A stretch of 64,000 nucleotides of DNA, from positions 137,764,001 to 137,828,000 of the forward strand of contig OZ024740.1 in the NCBI GenBank assembly GCA_964016885.1. Direction: 5' to 3'. A program made the position numbers and the translations under genes. Each line of letters begins with the position of its first letter. The first letter of the stretch is position 1. Of this stretch, positions 37,501 through 50,804 are shown piece after piece. The DNA comes from Eledone cirrhosa. Taxonomy: Eukaryota. The notes below the pieces were generated by a model. It was not told where the DNA came from, made no database searches, and worked only from the letters and a program-made list of their open reading frames with translations.

Positions 37501-39425
37501 CAATTCTCTCTTTCTCTTATCACTTTTCTCTCAATCTCCAATTCTCTCTTTCTCTTATGACTTTTCCCCCAATCTCCAATTCTCTCTTTCTGTTATCAAT
37601 TTTCTCTCAATCTCCAATCCTTTCTTTCTCTTATCACTTTTCTCTCAATCTCCAATTCTCTCTTTCTCTTATCACTTTTCCCCCATCTCCAATTCTGTCT
37701 TTCTCTTATCACTTTTCTCTCAATCTCCAATTCTCTCTTTCTCTTATCACTTTTCTCTCAATCTCCAATTCCCTCTTTCTCTTATTACTTTTCTCTCAAT
37801 CTCTAATTCTCTCTTTCTCCTATCACTTTTCTCTCAATCTCCAATTCTCTCTTTCTCTTATCACTTTTCCCCCCAATCTCCAATTCTCTCTTTCTCTTAT
37901 CACTTTTCTCTCAATCTCCAATTCTCTCTTTCTCTTCCAACTTTTCACCCAATCACCAATTCTCTCTTTCTCTTATCACTTTTCCCTCAATCTCCAATTC
38001 TCTCTTTCTCTTATCACTTTAACTCACTCTCCAATTCTCTCTTTCTCTTATCACTTTTCCCCCAATCTCCAATTCTCTCTTTCTCTTATCAATTTTCTCT
38101 CAATCTCCAATTCTTTCCTTCTCTAATCACTTTTCCCCCAATCTCCAATTCTCTCTTTCTCTTATCACTTTTCTCTCAATCTCCAATTCTCCTTTTCACT
38201 TATCACTTTTTTCTCAATCTCCAATTCTCTCTTTCTCTTATCACTTTTCTCTCAATCTCCAATTCTCTCTTTCTCTTATCACTTTTCCCCCAATCTCCAA
38301 TTCTCTCTTTCTCTTATCACCTTTCCCCCAATCTCCAATTCTCTCTTTCTCTTATCACTTTTCTCTCAAACTCCAATTCTCTCTTTCTCTTATGACTTTT
38401 CCCCATCTCCAATCCTCTCTTTCTCTTATCACTTTTCTCTCAATCTCCAATTCTCTCTTTCTCTTATCACTTTTCCCCCAATCTCCAATTCTCTCTTTCT
38501 GTTATCAATTTTCTCTCAATCTCCAATTCTTTCTTTCTCTTATCACTTTTCTCTCAATCTCCAATTCTCTCTTTCTCTTATCACTTTTCCCCCATCTCCA
38601 ATTCTCTCTTTCTCTTATCACTTTTCTCTCAATCTCCAATTCTCTCTTTCTCTTATCACTTTTCTCTCAATCTCTAATACTCTCTTTCTCTTATCACTTT
38701 TCTCTCAATCTCCAATTCTCTCTTTCTCTTATCACTTTTCCCCCCAATCTCCAATTCTCTCTTTCTCTTATCACTTTTCTCTCACTCTCCAATTCTCTCT
38801 TTCTCTTATGACTTTTCTCCCAATCTCCAATTCTCTCTTTCTCTTATCACTTTTCTCTCAATCTCCAATTCTCTCTTTCTCTTATGACATTTCCCCCAAT
38901 CTCCAATTATCTCTTTCTCTTATCACTTTAACTCACTCTCCAATTCTCTCTTTCTCTTATCACTTTTCCCCCAATCTCCAATTCTCTCTTTCTCTTATCA
39001 ATTTTCTCTCAATCTCCAATTCTTTCTTTCTCTAATCCCTTTTCCCCCAATCTCCAATTTTCTCTTTCTCTTATCACTTTTCTCTCAATCTTCAATTCTC
39101 CTTTTCACTTATCACTTTTTTCTCAATCTCCAATTCTCTCTTTCTCTTATCACTTTTCTCTCAATCTCCAATTCTCTCTTTCTCTTATCACTTTTCCCCC
39201 AATCTCCAATTCTCTCTTTCTCTTATCACCTTTCCCCCAATCTCCAATTCTCTCTTTCTCTTATCACTTTTCTCTCAATCTCCAATTCTCTCTTTCTCTT
39301 ATGACTTTTCCCCCAATCTCCAATTCTCTCTTTCTGTTATCAATTTTCTCTCAATCTCCAATTCTTTTTTTCTCTTATCACTTTTCTCTCAATCTCTAAT
39401 TCTCTCTTTCTCTTATCACTTTTCC
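31505..39425. repeat. Tandem duplication of a 3947-bp (104-monomer) unit, with a further partial copy at +4097 (~40500-42740)
   Basis: ORF starts 32129/36076, 32812/36759, 33610/37557, 34445/38392 and 34861/38808 differ by 3947. Starts 36759/40856, 37557/41654 and 38392/42489 differ by 4097. GAATTC at 33326/37273/41370. Confidence 0.92.
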
Positions 39426-42400
39426 CCCATCTCCAATTCTGTCTTTCTCTTATCACTTTTCTCTCAATCTCCAATTCCCTCTTTCTCTTAAGACTTTTCT
39501 CTCAATCTCTAATTCTCTCTTTCTCCTATCACTTTTCTCTCAATCTCCAATTCTCTCTTTCTCTTATCACTTTTCCCCCCAATCTCCAATTCTCTCTTTC
39601 ACTTATCACTTTTCTCTCACTCTCCAATTCTCTCTTTCTCTTATGACTTTTCCCCCAAACTCCAATTCTCTCTTTCTCTTATCCCTTTCCTCTCAATCTC
39701 CAATTCTCTCTTTCTTTTCTCACTTTTCCCCCAATCTCCAATTCTGTATTTCTCTACACACAAATCCCCTAATCTCCAATTCTCTCTTTCACTTATCAAT
39801 TTTCACTCAATCTACAATTCTCTCTTTCTCTTATCACTTTTCTCCCAATCTCCAATTCTCTCAATCTCTTATCACTTTTCTCTCAATCTCCAATTCCCTC
39901 TTTCTCTTATCACTTTTCTCTCAATCTCTAATTCTCTCTTTCTCTTATCACTTTTCTCTCAATCTCCAATTCTCTCTTTCTCTTATCACTTTTCTCTCAA
40001 TCTCCAATCCTCTCTTTCTGTTCTCAGTTTACTCCCAATCTCCAATTCTCTCTTTCTCTTATCGCTTTTCTCTCAATCTCCAATTCTCTCTTTCTCTTAT
40101 CACTTTTCCCCCAATCTCCAATTCTCTCTTTCTATTATCACTTTTCTCTCAAACTCCAATTCTCTCTTTCTCTTATGACTTTTCCCCCATCTCCAATCCT
40201 CTCTTTCTCTTATCACTTTTCTCTCAATCTCCAATTCTCTCTTTCTCTTATGACTTTTCCCCCAATCTCCAATTCTCTCTTTCTGTTATCAATTTTCTCT
40301 CAATCTCCAATTCTTTCTTTCTCTTATCACTTTTCTCTCAATCTCCAATTCTCTCTTTCTCTTATCACTTTTCCCCCATCTCCGATTCTCTCTTTCTCTT
40401 ATCACTTTTCTCTCAATCTCCAATTCTCTCTTTCTCTTATCACTTTTCTCTCAATCTCTAATTCTCTCTTTCTCTTATCACTTTTCTCTCAATCTCCAAT
40501 TCTCTCTTTCTCTTATGACTTTTCCCCCAATCTCCAATTCTCTCTTTCTCTTATCACTTTTCTCTCAATCTCCAATTCTCTCTTTCTCTTATGACTTTTC
40601 CCCCAATCTCCAATTATCTCTTACTCTTATCACTTTAACTCACTCTCCAATTCTCTCTTTCTCTTATCAATTTTCTCTCAATCTCCAATTCTTTCTTTCT
40701 CTAATCCCTTTTCCCCCAATCTCCAATTCTCTCTTTCTCTTATCACTTTTCTCTCAATCTCCAATTCTCCTTTTCACTTATCACTTTTTTCTCAATCTCC
40801 AATTCTCTCTTTCTTTTATCACTTTTCTCTCAATCTCCAATTCTCTCTTTCTCTTATGACTTTTCCCCCAATCTCCAATTCTCTCTTTCTGTTATCAATT
40901 TTCTCTCAATCTCCAATCCTTTCTTTCTCTTATCACTTTTCTCTCAATCTCCAATTCTCTCTTTCTCTTATCACTTTTCTCTCAATCTCCAATTCCCTCT
41001 TTCTCTTATCACTTTTCTCTCAATCTCTAATTCTCTCTTTCTCCTATCACTTTTCTCTCAATCTCCAATTCTCTCTTTCTCTTATCACTTTTCCCCCCAA
41101 TCTCCAATTCTCTCTTTCTCTTATCACTTTTCTCTCAATCTCCAATTCTCTCTTTCTCTTCCAACTTTTCACCCAATCACCAATTCTCTCTTTCTCTTAT
41201 CACTTTTCCCCCAATCTCCAATTCTCTCTTTCTCTTATCAATTTTCTCTCAATCTCCAATTCTTTCCTTCTCTAATCACTTTTCCCCCAATCTCCAATTA
41301 TCTCTTTCTCTTATCACTTTAACTCACTCTCAAATTCTCTCTTTCTCTTATCAATTTTCTCTCAATCTCGAATTCTTTCTTTCTCTAATCCCTTTTCCCC
41401 CAATCTCCAATTCTCTCTTTCTCTTATCACTTTTCTCTCAATCTCCAATTCTCCTTTTCACTTATCACTTTTTTCTCAATCACCAATTCTCTCTTTCTCT
41501 TATCACTTTTCTCTCAATCGCCAATTCTCTCTTTCTCTTATCACTTTTACCCCAATCTCCAATTCTCTCTTTCTCTCATCACCTTTCCCCCAATCTCCAA
41601 TTCTCTCTTTCTCTTATCACTTTTCTCTCAATCTCCAATTCTCTCTTTCTCTTATGACTTTTCCCCCAATCTCCAATTCTCTCTTTCTGTTATCAATTTT
41701 CTCTCAATCTCCAATCCTTTCTTTCTCTTATCACTTTTCTCTCAATCTCCAATTCTCTCTTTCTCTTATCACTTTTCCCCCATCTCCAATTCTGTCTTTC
41801 TCTTATCACTTTTCTCTCAATCTCCAATTCTCTCTTTCTCTTATCACTTTTCTCTCAATCTCCAATTCCCTCTTTCTCTTATTACTTTTCTCTCAATCTC
41901 TAATTCTCTCTTTCTCCTATCACTTTTCTCTCAATCTCCAATTCTCTCTTTCTCTTATCACTTTTCCCCCCAATCTCCAATTCTCTCTTTCTCTTATCAC
42001 TTTTCTCTCAATCTCCAATTCTCTCTTTCTCTTCCAACTTTTCACCCAATCACCAATTCTCTCTTTCTCTTATCACTTTTCCCTCAATCTCCAATTCTCT
42101 CTTTCTCTTATCACTTTAACTCACTCTCCAATTCTCTCTTTCTCTTATCACTTTTCCCCCAATCTCCAATTCTCTCTTTCTCTTATCAATTTTCTCTCAA
42201 TCTCCAATTCTTTCCTTCTCTAATCACTTTTCCCCCAATCTCCAATTCTCTCTTTCTCTTATCACTTTTCTCTCAATCTCCAATTCTCCTTTTCACTTAT
42301 CACTTTTTTCTCAATCTCCAATTCTCTCTTTCTCTTATCACTTTTCTCTCAATCTCCAATTCTCTCTTTCTCTTATCACTTTTCCCCCAATCTCCAATTC

Positions 42401-43849
42401 TCTCTTTCTCTTATCACCTTTCCCCCAATCTCCAATTCTCTCTTTCTCTTATCACTTTTCTCTCAAACTCCAATTCTCTCTTTCTCTTATGACTTTTCTC
42501 CCATCTCCAATCCTCTCTTTCTCTTATCACTTTTCTCTCAATCTCCAATTCTCTCTTTCTCTTATCACTTTTCCCCCAATCTCCAATTCTCTCTTTCTGT
42601 TATCAATTTTCTCTCAATCTCCAATTCTTTCTTTCTCTTATCACTTTTCTCTCAATCTCCAATTCTCTCTTTCTCTTATCACTTTTCCCCCATCACCAAT
42701 TCTCTCTTTCTCTTATCACTTTTCTCTCAATCTCCAATTCTCTCTTTCTCTTATCACTTTTCTCTCAATCTCCAATCCTCTCTTTCTCTTATCACTTTTC
42801 TCTCAATCTCCAATTCTCTCTTTCTCTTATCACTTTTCCCCCAATCTCCAATTCTCTCTTTCTGTTATCAATTTTCTCTCAATCTCCAATTCTTTCTTTC
42901 TCTTATCACTTTTCTCTCAATCTCCAATTCTCTCTTTCTCTTATCACTTTTCCCCCATCACCAATTCTCTCTTTCTCTTATCACTTTTCTCTCAATCTCC
43001 AATTCTCTCTTTCTCTTATCACTTTTCTCTCAATCTCTAATTCTCTCTTTCTCTTATCCCTTTCCTCTCAATCTCCAATTCTCTCTTTCTTTTCTCACTT
43101 TTCCCCCAATCTCCAATTCTGTATTTCTCTACACACAAATCCCCTAATCTCCAATTCTCTCTTTCACTTATCAATTTTCACTCAATCTACAATTCTCTCT
43201 TTCTCTTATCACTTTTCTCCCAATCTCCAATTCTCTCAATCTCTTATCACTTTTCTCTCAATCTCCAATTCCCTCTTTCTCTTATCACTTTTCTCTCAAT
43301 CTCTAATTCTCTCTTTCTCTTATCACTTTTCTCTCAATCTCCAATTCTCTCTTTCTCTTATCACTTTTCTCTCAATCTCCAATCCTCTCTTTCTGTTCTC
43401 AGTTTACTCCCAATCTCCAATTCTCTCTTTCTCTTATCGCTTTTCTCTCAATCTCCAATTCTCTCTTTCTCTTATCACTTTTCCCCCAATCTCCAATTCT
43501 CTCTTTCTATTATCACTTTTCTCTCAATCTCCAATTCTCTCTTTCTCTTATCACTTTTCCCCCAATCTCCAATTCTCTCTTTCTCTTATCACTTTTCTCT
43601 CAATCTCCAATTCTCTCTTTCTCTTAACACTTTTCCCCCAATCTCCAATTCTCTCTTTCTGTTATCAATTTTCTCTCAATCTCCAATTCTTTCTTTCTCT
43701 TATCACTTTTCTCTCAATCTCCAATTCTCTCTTTCTCTTATCACTTTTCCCCCATCTCCAATTCTCTCTTTCTCTTATCACTTTTCTCTCAATCTCCAAT
43801 TCTCTCTTTCTCTTATCACTTTTATCTCAATCTCCAATTCTCTCTTTCT

Positions 43850-46800
43850 CTTATCACTTTTCTCTCAATCTCCAATTCTCTCTTTCTCTTATCACTTTTC
43901 CCCCATCTCCAATTCTCTCTTTCTCTTATCACTTTTCTCTCAATCTCCAATTCTCTCTTTCTCTTATCACTTTTCTCTCAATCTCTAATTCTCTCTTTCT
44001 CTTATCACTTTTCTCTCAATCTCCAATTCTCTCTTTCTCTTATCACTTTTCCCGCCAATCTCCAATTCTCTCTTTCTCTTATCACTTTTCTCTCACTCTC
44101 CAATTCTCTCTTTCTCTTATGACTTTTCCCCCAATCTCCAATTCTCTCTTTCTCTTATCACTTTTCTCTCAATCTCCAATTCTCTCTTTCTCTTATGACA
44201 TTTCCCCCAATCTCCAATTATCTCTTTCTCTTATCACTTTAACTCACTCTCCAATTCTCTCTTTCTCTTATCACTTTTCCCCCAATCTCCAATTCTCTCT
44301 TTCTCTTATCAATTTTCTCTCAATCTCCAATTCTTTCTTTCTCTAATCCCTTTTCCCCCAATCTCCAATTCTCTCTTTCTCTTATCACTTTTCTCTCAAT
44401 CTTCAATTCTCCTTTTCACTTATCACTTTTTTCTCAATCTCCAATTCTCTCTTTCTCTTATCACTTTTCTCTCAATCTCCAATTCTCTCTTTCTCTTATC
44501 ACTTTTCCCCCAATCTCCAATTCTCTCTTTCTCTTATCACCTTTCCCCCAATCTCCAATTCTCTCTTTCTCTTATCACTTTTCTCTCAATCTCCAATTCT
44601 CTCTTTCTCTTATGACTTTTCCCCCAATCTCCAATTCTCTCTTTCTGTTATCAATTTTCTCTCAATCTCCAATTCTTTTTTTCTCTTATCACTTTTCTCT
44701 CAATCTCTAATTCTCTCTTTCTCTTATCACTTTTCCCCCATCTCCAATTCTGTCTTTCTCTTATCACTTTTCTCTCAATCTCCAATTCCCTCTTTCTCTT
44801 AAGACTTTTCTCTCAATCTCTAATTCTCTCTTTCTCCTATCACTTTTCTCTCAATCTCCAATTCTCTCTTTCTCTTATCACTTTTCCCCCCAATCTCCAA
44901 TTCTCTCTTTCACTTATCACTTTTCTCTCACTCTCCAATTCTCTCTTTCTCTTATGACTTTTCCCCCAAACTCCAATTCTCTCTTTCTCTTATCCCTTTC
45001 CTCTCAATCTCCAATTCTCTCTTTCTTTTCTCACTTTTCCCCCAATCTCCAATTCTGTATTTCTCTACACACAAATCCCCTAATCTCCAATTCTCTCTTT
45101 CACTTATCAATTTTCACTCAATCTACAATTCTCTCTTTCTCTTATCACTTTTCTCCCAATCTCCAATTCTCTCAATCTCTTATCACTTTTCTCTCAATCT
45201 CCAATTCCCTCTTTCTCTTATCACTTTTCTCTCAATCTCTAATTCTCTCTTTCTCTTATCACTTTTCTCTCAATCTCCAATTCTCTCTTTCTCTTATCAC
45301 TTTTCTCTCAATCTCCAATCCTCTCTTTCTGTTCTCAGTTTACTCCCAATCTCCAATTCTCTCTTTCTCTTATCGCTTTTCTCTCAATCTCCAATTCTCT
45401 CTTTCTCTTATCACTTTTCCCCCAATCTCCAATTCTCTCTTTCTATTATCACTTTTCTCTCAAACTCCAATTCTCTCTTTCTCTTATGACTTTTCCCCCA
45501 TCTCCAATCCTCTCTTTCTCTTATCACTTTTCTCTCAATCTCCAATTCTCTCTTTCTCTTATCACTTTTCCCCCAATCTCCAATTCTCTCTTTCTGTTAT
45601 CAATTTTCTCTCAATCTCCAATTCTTTCTTTCTCTTATCACTTTTCTCTCAATCTCCAATTCTCTCTTTCTCTTATCACTTTTCCCCCATCTCCAATTCT
45701 CTCTTTCTCTTATCACTTTTCTCTCAATCTCCAATTCTCTCTTTCTCTTATCACTTTTCTCTCAATCTCTAATTCTCTCTTTCTCTTATCACTTTTCTCT
45801 CAATCTCCAATTCTCTCTTTCTCTTATCACTTTTCCCGCCAATCTCCAATTCTCTCTTTCTCTTATCACTTTTCTCTCACTCTCCAATTCTCTCTTTCTC
45901 TTATGACTTTTCCCCCAATCTCCAATTCTCTCTTTCTCTTATCACTTTTCTCTCAATCTCCAATTCTCTCTTTCTCTTATGACATTTCCCCCAATCTCCA
46001 ATTATCTCTTTCTCTTATCACTTTAACTCACTCTCCAATTCTCTCTTTCTCTTATCACTTTTCCCCCAATCTCCAATTCTCTCTTTCTCTTATCAATTTT
46101 CTCTCAATCTCCAATTCTTTCTTTCTCTAATCCCTTTTCCCCCAATCTCCAATTCTCTCTTTCTCTTATCACTTTTCTCTCAATCTTCAATTCTCCTTTT
46201 CACTTATCACTTTTTTCTCAATCTCCAATTCTCTCTTTCTCTTATCACTTTTCTCTCAATCTCCAATTCTCTCTTTCTCTTATCACTTTTCCCCCAATCT
46301 CCAATTCTCTCTTTCTCTTATCACCTTTCCCCCAATCTCCAATTCTCTCTTTCTCTTATCACTTTTCTCTCAATCTCCAATTCTCTCTTTCTCTTATGAC
46401 TTTTCCCCCAATCTCCAATTCTCTCTTTCTGTTATCAATTTTCTCTCAATCTCCAATTCTTTTTTTCTCTTATCACTTTTCTCTCAATCTCTAATTCTCT
46501 CTTTCTCTTATCACTTTTCCCCCATCTCCAATTCTGTCTTTCTCTTATCACTTTTCTCTCAATCTCCAATTCCCTCTTTCTCTTAAGACTTTTCTCTCAA
46601 TCTCTAATTCTCTCTTTCTCCTATCACTTTTCTCTCAATCTCCAATTCTCTCTTTCTCTAATCACTTTTCCCCCCAATCTCCAATTCTCTCTTTCACTTA
46701 TCACTTTTCTCTCACTCTCCAATTCTCTCTTTCTCTTATGACTTTTCCCCCAAACTCCAATTCTCTCTTTCTCTTATCCCTTTCCTCTCAATCTCCAATT

Positions 46801-47240
46801 CTCTCTTTCTTTTCTCACTTTTCCCCCAATCTCCAATTCTGTATTTCTCTACACACAAATCCCCTAATCTCCAATTCTCTCTTTCACTTATCAATTTTCA
46901 CTCAATCTACAATTCTCTCTTTCTCTTATCACTTTTCTCCCAATCTCCAATTCTCTCAATCTCTTATCACTTTTCTCTCAATCTCCAATTCCCTCTTTCT
47001 CTTATCACTTTTCTCTCAATCTCTAATTCTCTCTTTCTCTTATCACTTTTCTCTCAATCTCCAATTCTCTCTTTCTCTTATCACTTTTCTCTCAATCTCC
47101 AATCCTCTCTTTCTGTTCTCAGTTTACTCCCAATCTCCAATTCTCTCTTTCTCTTATCGCTTTTCTCTCAATCTCCAATTCTCTCTTTCTCTTATCACTT
47201 TTCCCCCAATCTCCAATTCTCTCTTTCTATTATCACTTTT
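43850..47240. repeat. Tandem duplication of a 1784-bp (47-monomer) unit; a related block lies 5311 bp upstream (~38800-40200)
   Basis: The G of CCCGCC is at 44054/45838. The G of CTTAAGAC is at 39492/44803/46587. The ACACACAAAT monomer is at 39746/45057/46841. Confidence 0.88.
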
Positions 47241-50200
47241 CTCTCAATCTCCAATTCTCTCTTTCTCTTATCACTTTTCCCCCAATCTCCAATTCTCTCT
47301 TTCTCTTATCACTTTTCTCTCAATCTCCAATTCTCTCTTTCTCTTAACACTTTTCCCCCAATCTCCAATTCTCTCTTTCTGTTATCAATTTTCTCTCAAT
47401 CTCCAATTCTTTCTTTCTCTTATCACTTTTCTCTCAATCTCCAATTCTCTCTTTCTCTTATCACTTTTCCCCCATCTCCAATTCTCTCTTTCTCTTATCA
47501 CTTTTCTCTCAATCTCCAATTCTCTCTTTCTCTTATCACTTTTATCTCAATCTCCAATTCTCTCTTTCTCATATCACTTTTCTCTCAATCTCCAATTCTC
47601 TCTTTATCTAATCACTTTTCCCCCAATCTCCAATTCTCTCTTTCTCTTATCACTTTTCTCTCAATCTCCAATTCCCTCTTTCTCTTATCACTTTTCTTTT
47701 TCTCTAACTCTCCAATTCTCTCTTTCTCTTATGTCTTTTCCCCCAATCTCCAATTCTCTCTTTCTCTTATCCCTTTTCTCTCAATCTCCAATTCTCTCTT
47801 TCTTTTCTCACTTTTCCCCCAATCTCCAATTCTCTCTTTCTCTTCACACTTTTCCCCCAATCTCCAATTCTCTCTTTCTCTTATCACCTTTCCCCCAATC
47901 TCCAATTCTCTCTTTCTCTTATCCCTTTTCTCTCAATCTCCAATTCTCTCTTTCTTTTCTCACTTTTCCCCCAATCTCCAATTCTCTCTTTCTCTTCACA
48001 CTTTTCCCCCAATCTCCAATTCTCTCTTTCTCTTATGTCTTTTCCCCCAATCTCCAATTCTCTCTTTCTCTTATCCCTTTTCTCTCAATCTCCAATTCTC
48101 TCTTTCTTTTCTCAATTTTCCCCTAATCTCCAATTCTCTCTTTCACTTATCAATTTTCTCTCAATCTCCAATTCTCTCTTTCTCTTATCACTTTTCTCTC
48201 AATCTCCAATTCTCTCAATCTCTTATCACTTTTCTCTCAATCTCCAATTCCCTCTTTCTCTTATCACTTTTCTCTCAATCTCTAATTCTCTCTTTCTCTT
48301 ATCACTTTTCTCTCAATGTCCAATTCTCTCTTTCTCTTATCCCTTTCCTCTCAATCTCCAATTCTCTCTTTCTTTTCTCACTTTTCCCCCAATCTCCAAT
48401 TCTGTATTTCTCTACACACAAATCCCCTAATCTCCAATTCTCTCTTTCACTTATCAATTTTCACTCAATCTACAATTCTCTCTTTCTCTTATCACTTTTC
48501 TCCCAATCTCCAATTCTCTCAATCTCTTATCACTTTTCTCTCAATCTCCAATTCCCTCTTTCTCTTATCACTTTTCTCTCAATCTCTAATTCTCTCTTTC
48601 TCTTATCACTTTTCTCTCAATCTCCAATTCTCTCTTTCTCTTATCACTTTTCTCTCAATCTCCAATCCTCTCTTTCTGTTCTCAGTTTACTCCCAATCTC
48701 CAATTCTCTCTTTCTCTTATCGCTTTTCTCTCAATCTCCAATTCTCTCTTTCTCTTATCACTTTTCCCCCAATCTCCAATTCTCTCTTTCTATTATCACT
48801 TTTCTCTCAATCTCCAATTCTCTCTTTCTCTTATCACTTTTCCCCCAATCTCCAATTCTCTCTTTCTCTTATCACTTTTCTCTCAATCTCCAATTATCTC
48901 TTTCTCTTATCACTTTTCCCCCAATCTCCAATTCTCTCTTTCTGTTATCAATTTTCTCTCAATCTCCAATTCTTTCTTTCTCTTATCACTTTTCTCTCAA
49001 TCTCCAATTCTCTCTTTCTCTTATCACTTTTCCCCCATCTCCAATTCTCTCTTTCTCTTATCACTTTTCTCTCAATCTCCAATTCTCTCTTTCTCTTATC
49101 ACTTTTATCTCAATCTCCAATTCTCTCTTTCTCATATCACTTTTCTCTCAATCTCCAATTCTCTCTTTCTCTTCTCACTTTTACCCCAATCTCCAATTCT
49201 CTCTTTCTCTTATCACTTTTCCTCCGATCTCCAATTCTCTCTTTCTCTTATCAATTTTCTCTCAATCTCCAATTCTTTCTTTATCTAATCACTTTTCCCC
49301 CAATCTCTAATTCTCTCTTTCTCTTATCACTTTTCTCTCAATCTCCAATTCCCTCTTTCTCTTATCACTTTTCTTTTTCTCTAACTCTCCAATTCTCTCT
49401 TTCTCTTATGTCTTTTCCCCCAATCTCCAATTCTCTCTTTCTCTTATCCCTTTTCTCTCAATCTCCAATTCTCTCTTTCTTTTCTCACTTTTCCCCCAAT
49501 CTCCAATTCTCTCTTTCTCTTCACACTTTTCCCCCAATCTCCAATTCTCTCTTTCTCTTATCACCTTTCCCCCAATCTCCAATTCTCTCTTTCTCTTATC
49601 CCTTTTCTCTCAATCTCCAATTCTCTCTTTCTTTTCTCACTTTTCCCCCAATCTCCAATTCTGTATTTCTCTACACACAAATCCCCTAATCTCCAATTCT
49701 CTCTTTCACTTATCAATTTTCTCTCAATCTCCAATTCTCTCTTTCTCTTATCACTTTTCTCTCAATCTCCAATTCTCTCAATCTCTTATCACTTTTCTCT
49801 CAATCTCCAATTCCCTCTTTCTCTTATCACTTTTCTCTCAATCTCTAATTCTCTCTTTCTCTTATCACTTTTCTCTCAATGTCCAATTCTCTCTTTCTCT
49901 TATCCCTTTCCTCTCAATCTCCAATTCTCTCTTTCTTTTCTCACTTTTCCCCCAATCTCCAATTCTGTATTTCTCTACACACAAATCCCCTAATCTCCAA
50001 TTCTCTCTTTCACTTATCAATTTTCTCTCAATCTCCAATTCTCTCTTTCTCTTATCACTTTTCTCCCAATCTCCAATTCTCTCAATCTCTTATCACTTTT
50101 CTCTCAATCTCCAATTCCCTCTTTCTCTTATCACTTTTCTCTCAATCTCTAATTCTCTCTTTCTCTTATCACTTTTCTCTCAATCTCCAATTCTCTCTTT

Positions 50201-50804
50201 CTCTTATCACTTTTCTCTAAATCTCCAATCCTCTCTTTCTGTTCTCAGTTTACTCCCAATCTCCAATTCTCTCTTTCTCTTCCAACTTTTCACCCAATCA
50301 CCAATTCTCTCTTTCTCTTATCACTTTTCCCCCAATCTCCAATTCTCTCTTTCTCTTATCACTTTAACTCACTCTCCAATTCTCTCTTTCTCTTATCACT
50401 TTTCCCCCAATCTCCAATTCTCTCTTTCTCTTATCAATTTTCTCTCAATCTCCAATTCTTTCCTTCTCTAATCACTTTTCCCCCAATCTCCAATTCTCTC
50501 TTTCTCTTATCACTTTTCTCTCAATCTCCAATTCTCCTTTTCACTTATCACTTTTTTCTCAATCTCCAATTCTCTCTTTCTCTTATCACTTTTCTCTCAA
50601 TCTCCAATTCTCTCTTTCTCTTATCACTTTTCCCCCAATCTCCAATTCTCTCTTTCTCTTATCACCTTTCCCCCAATCTCCAATTCTCTCTTTCTCTTAT
50701 CACTTTTCTCTCAATCTCCAATTCTCTCTTTCTCTTATGACTTTTCCCCCAATCTCCAATTCTCTCTTTCTGTTATCAATTTTCTCTCAATCTCCAATTC
50801 TTTC

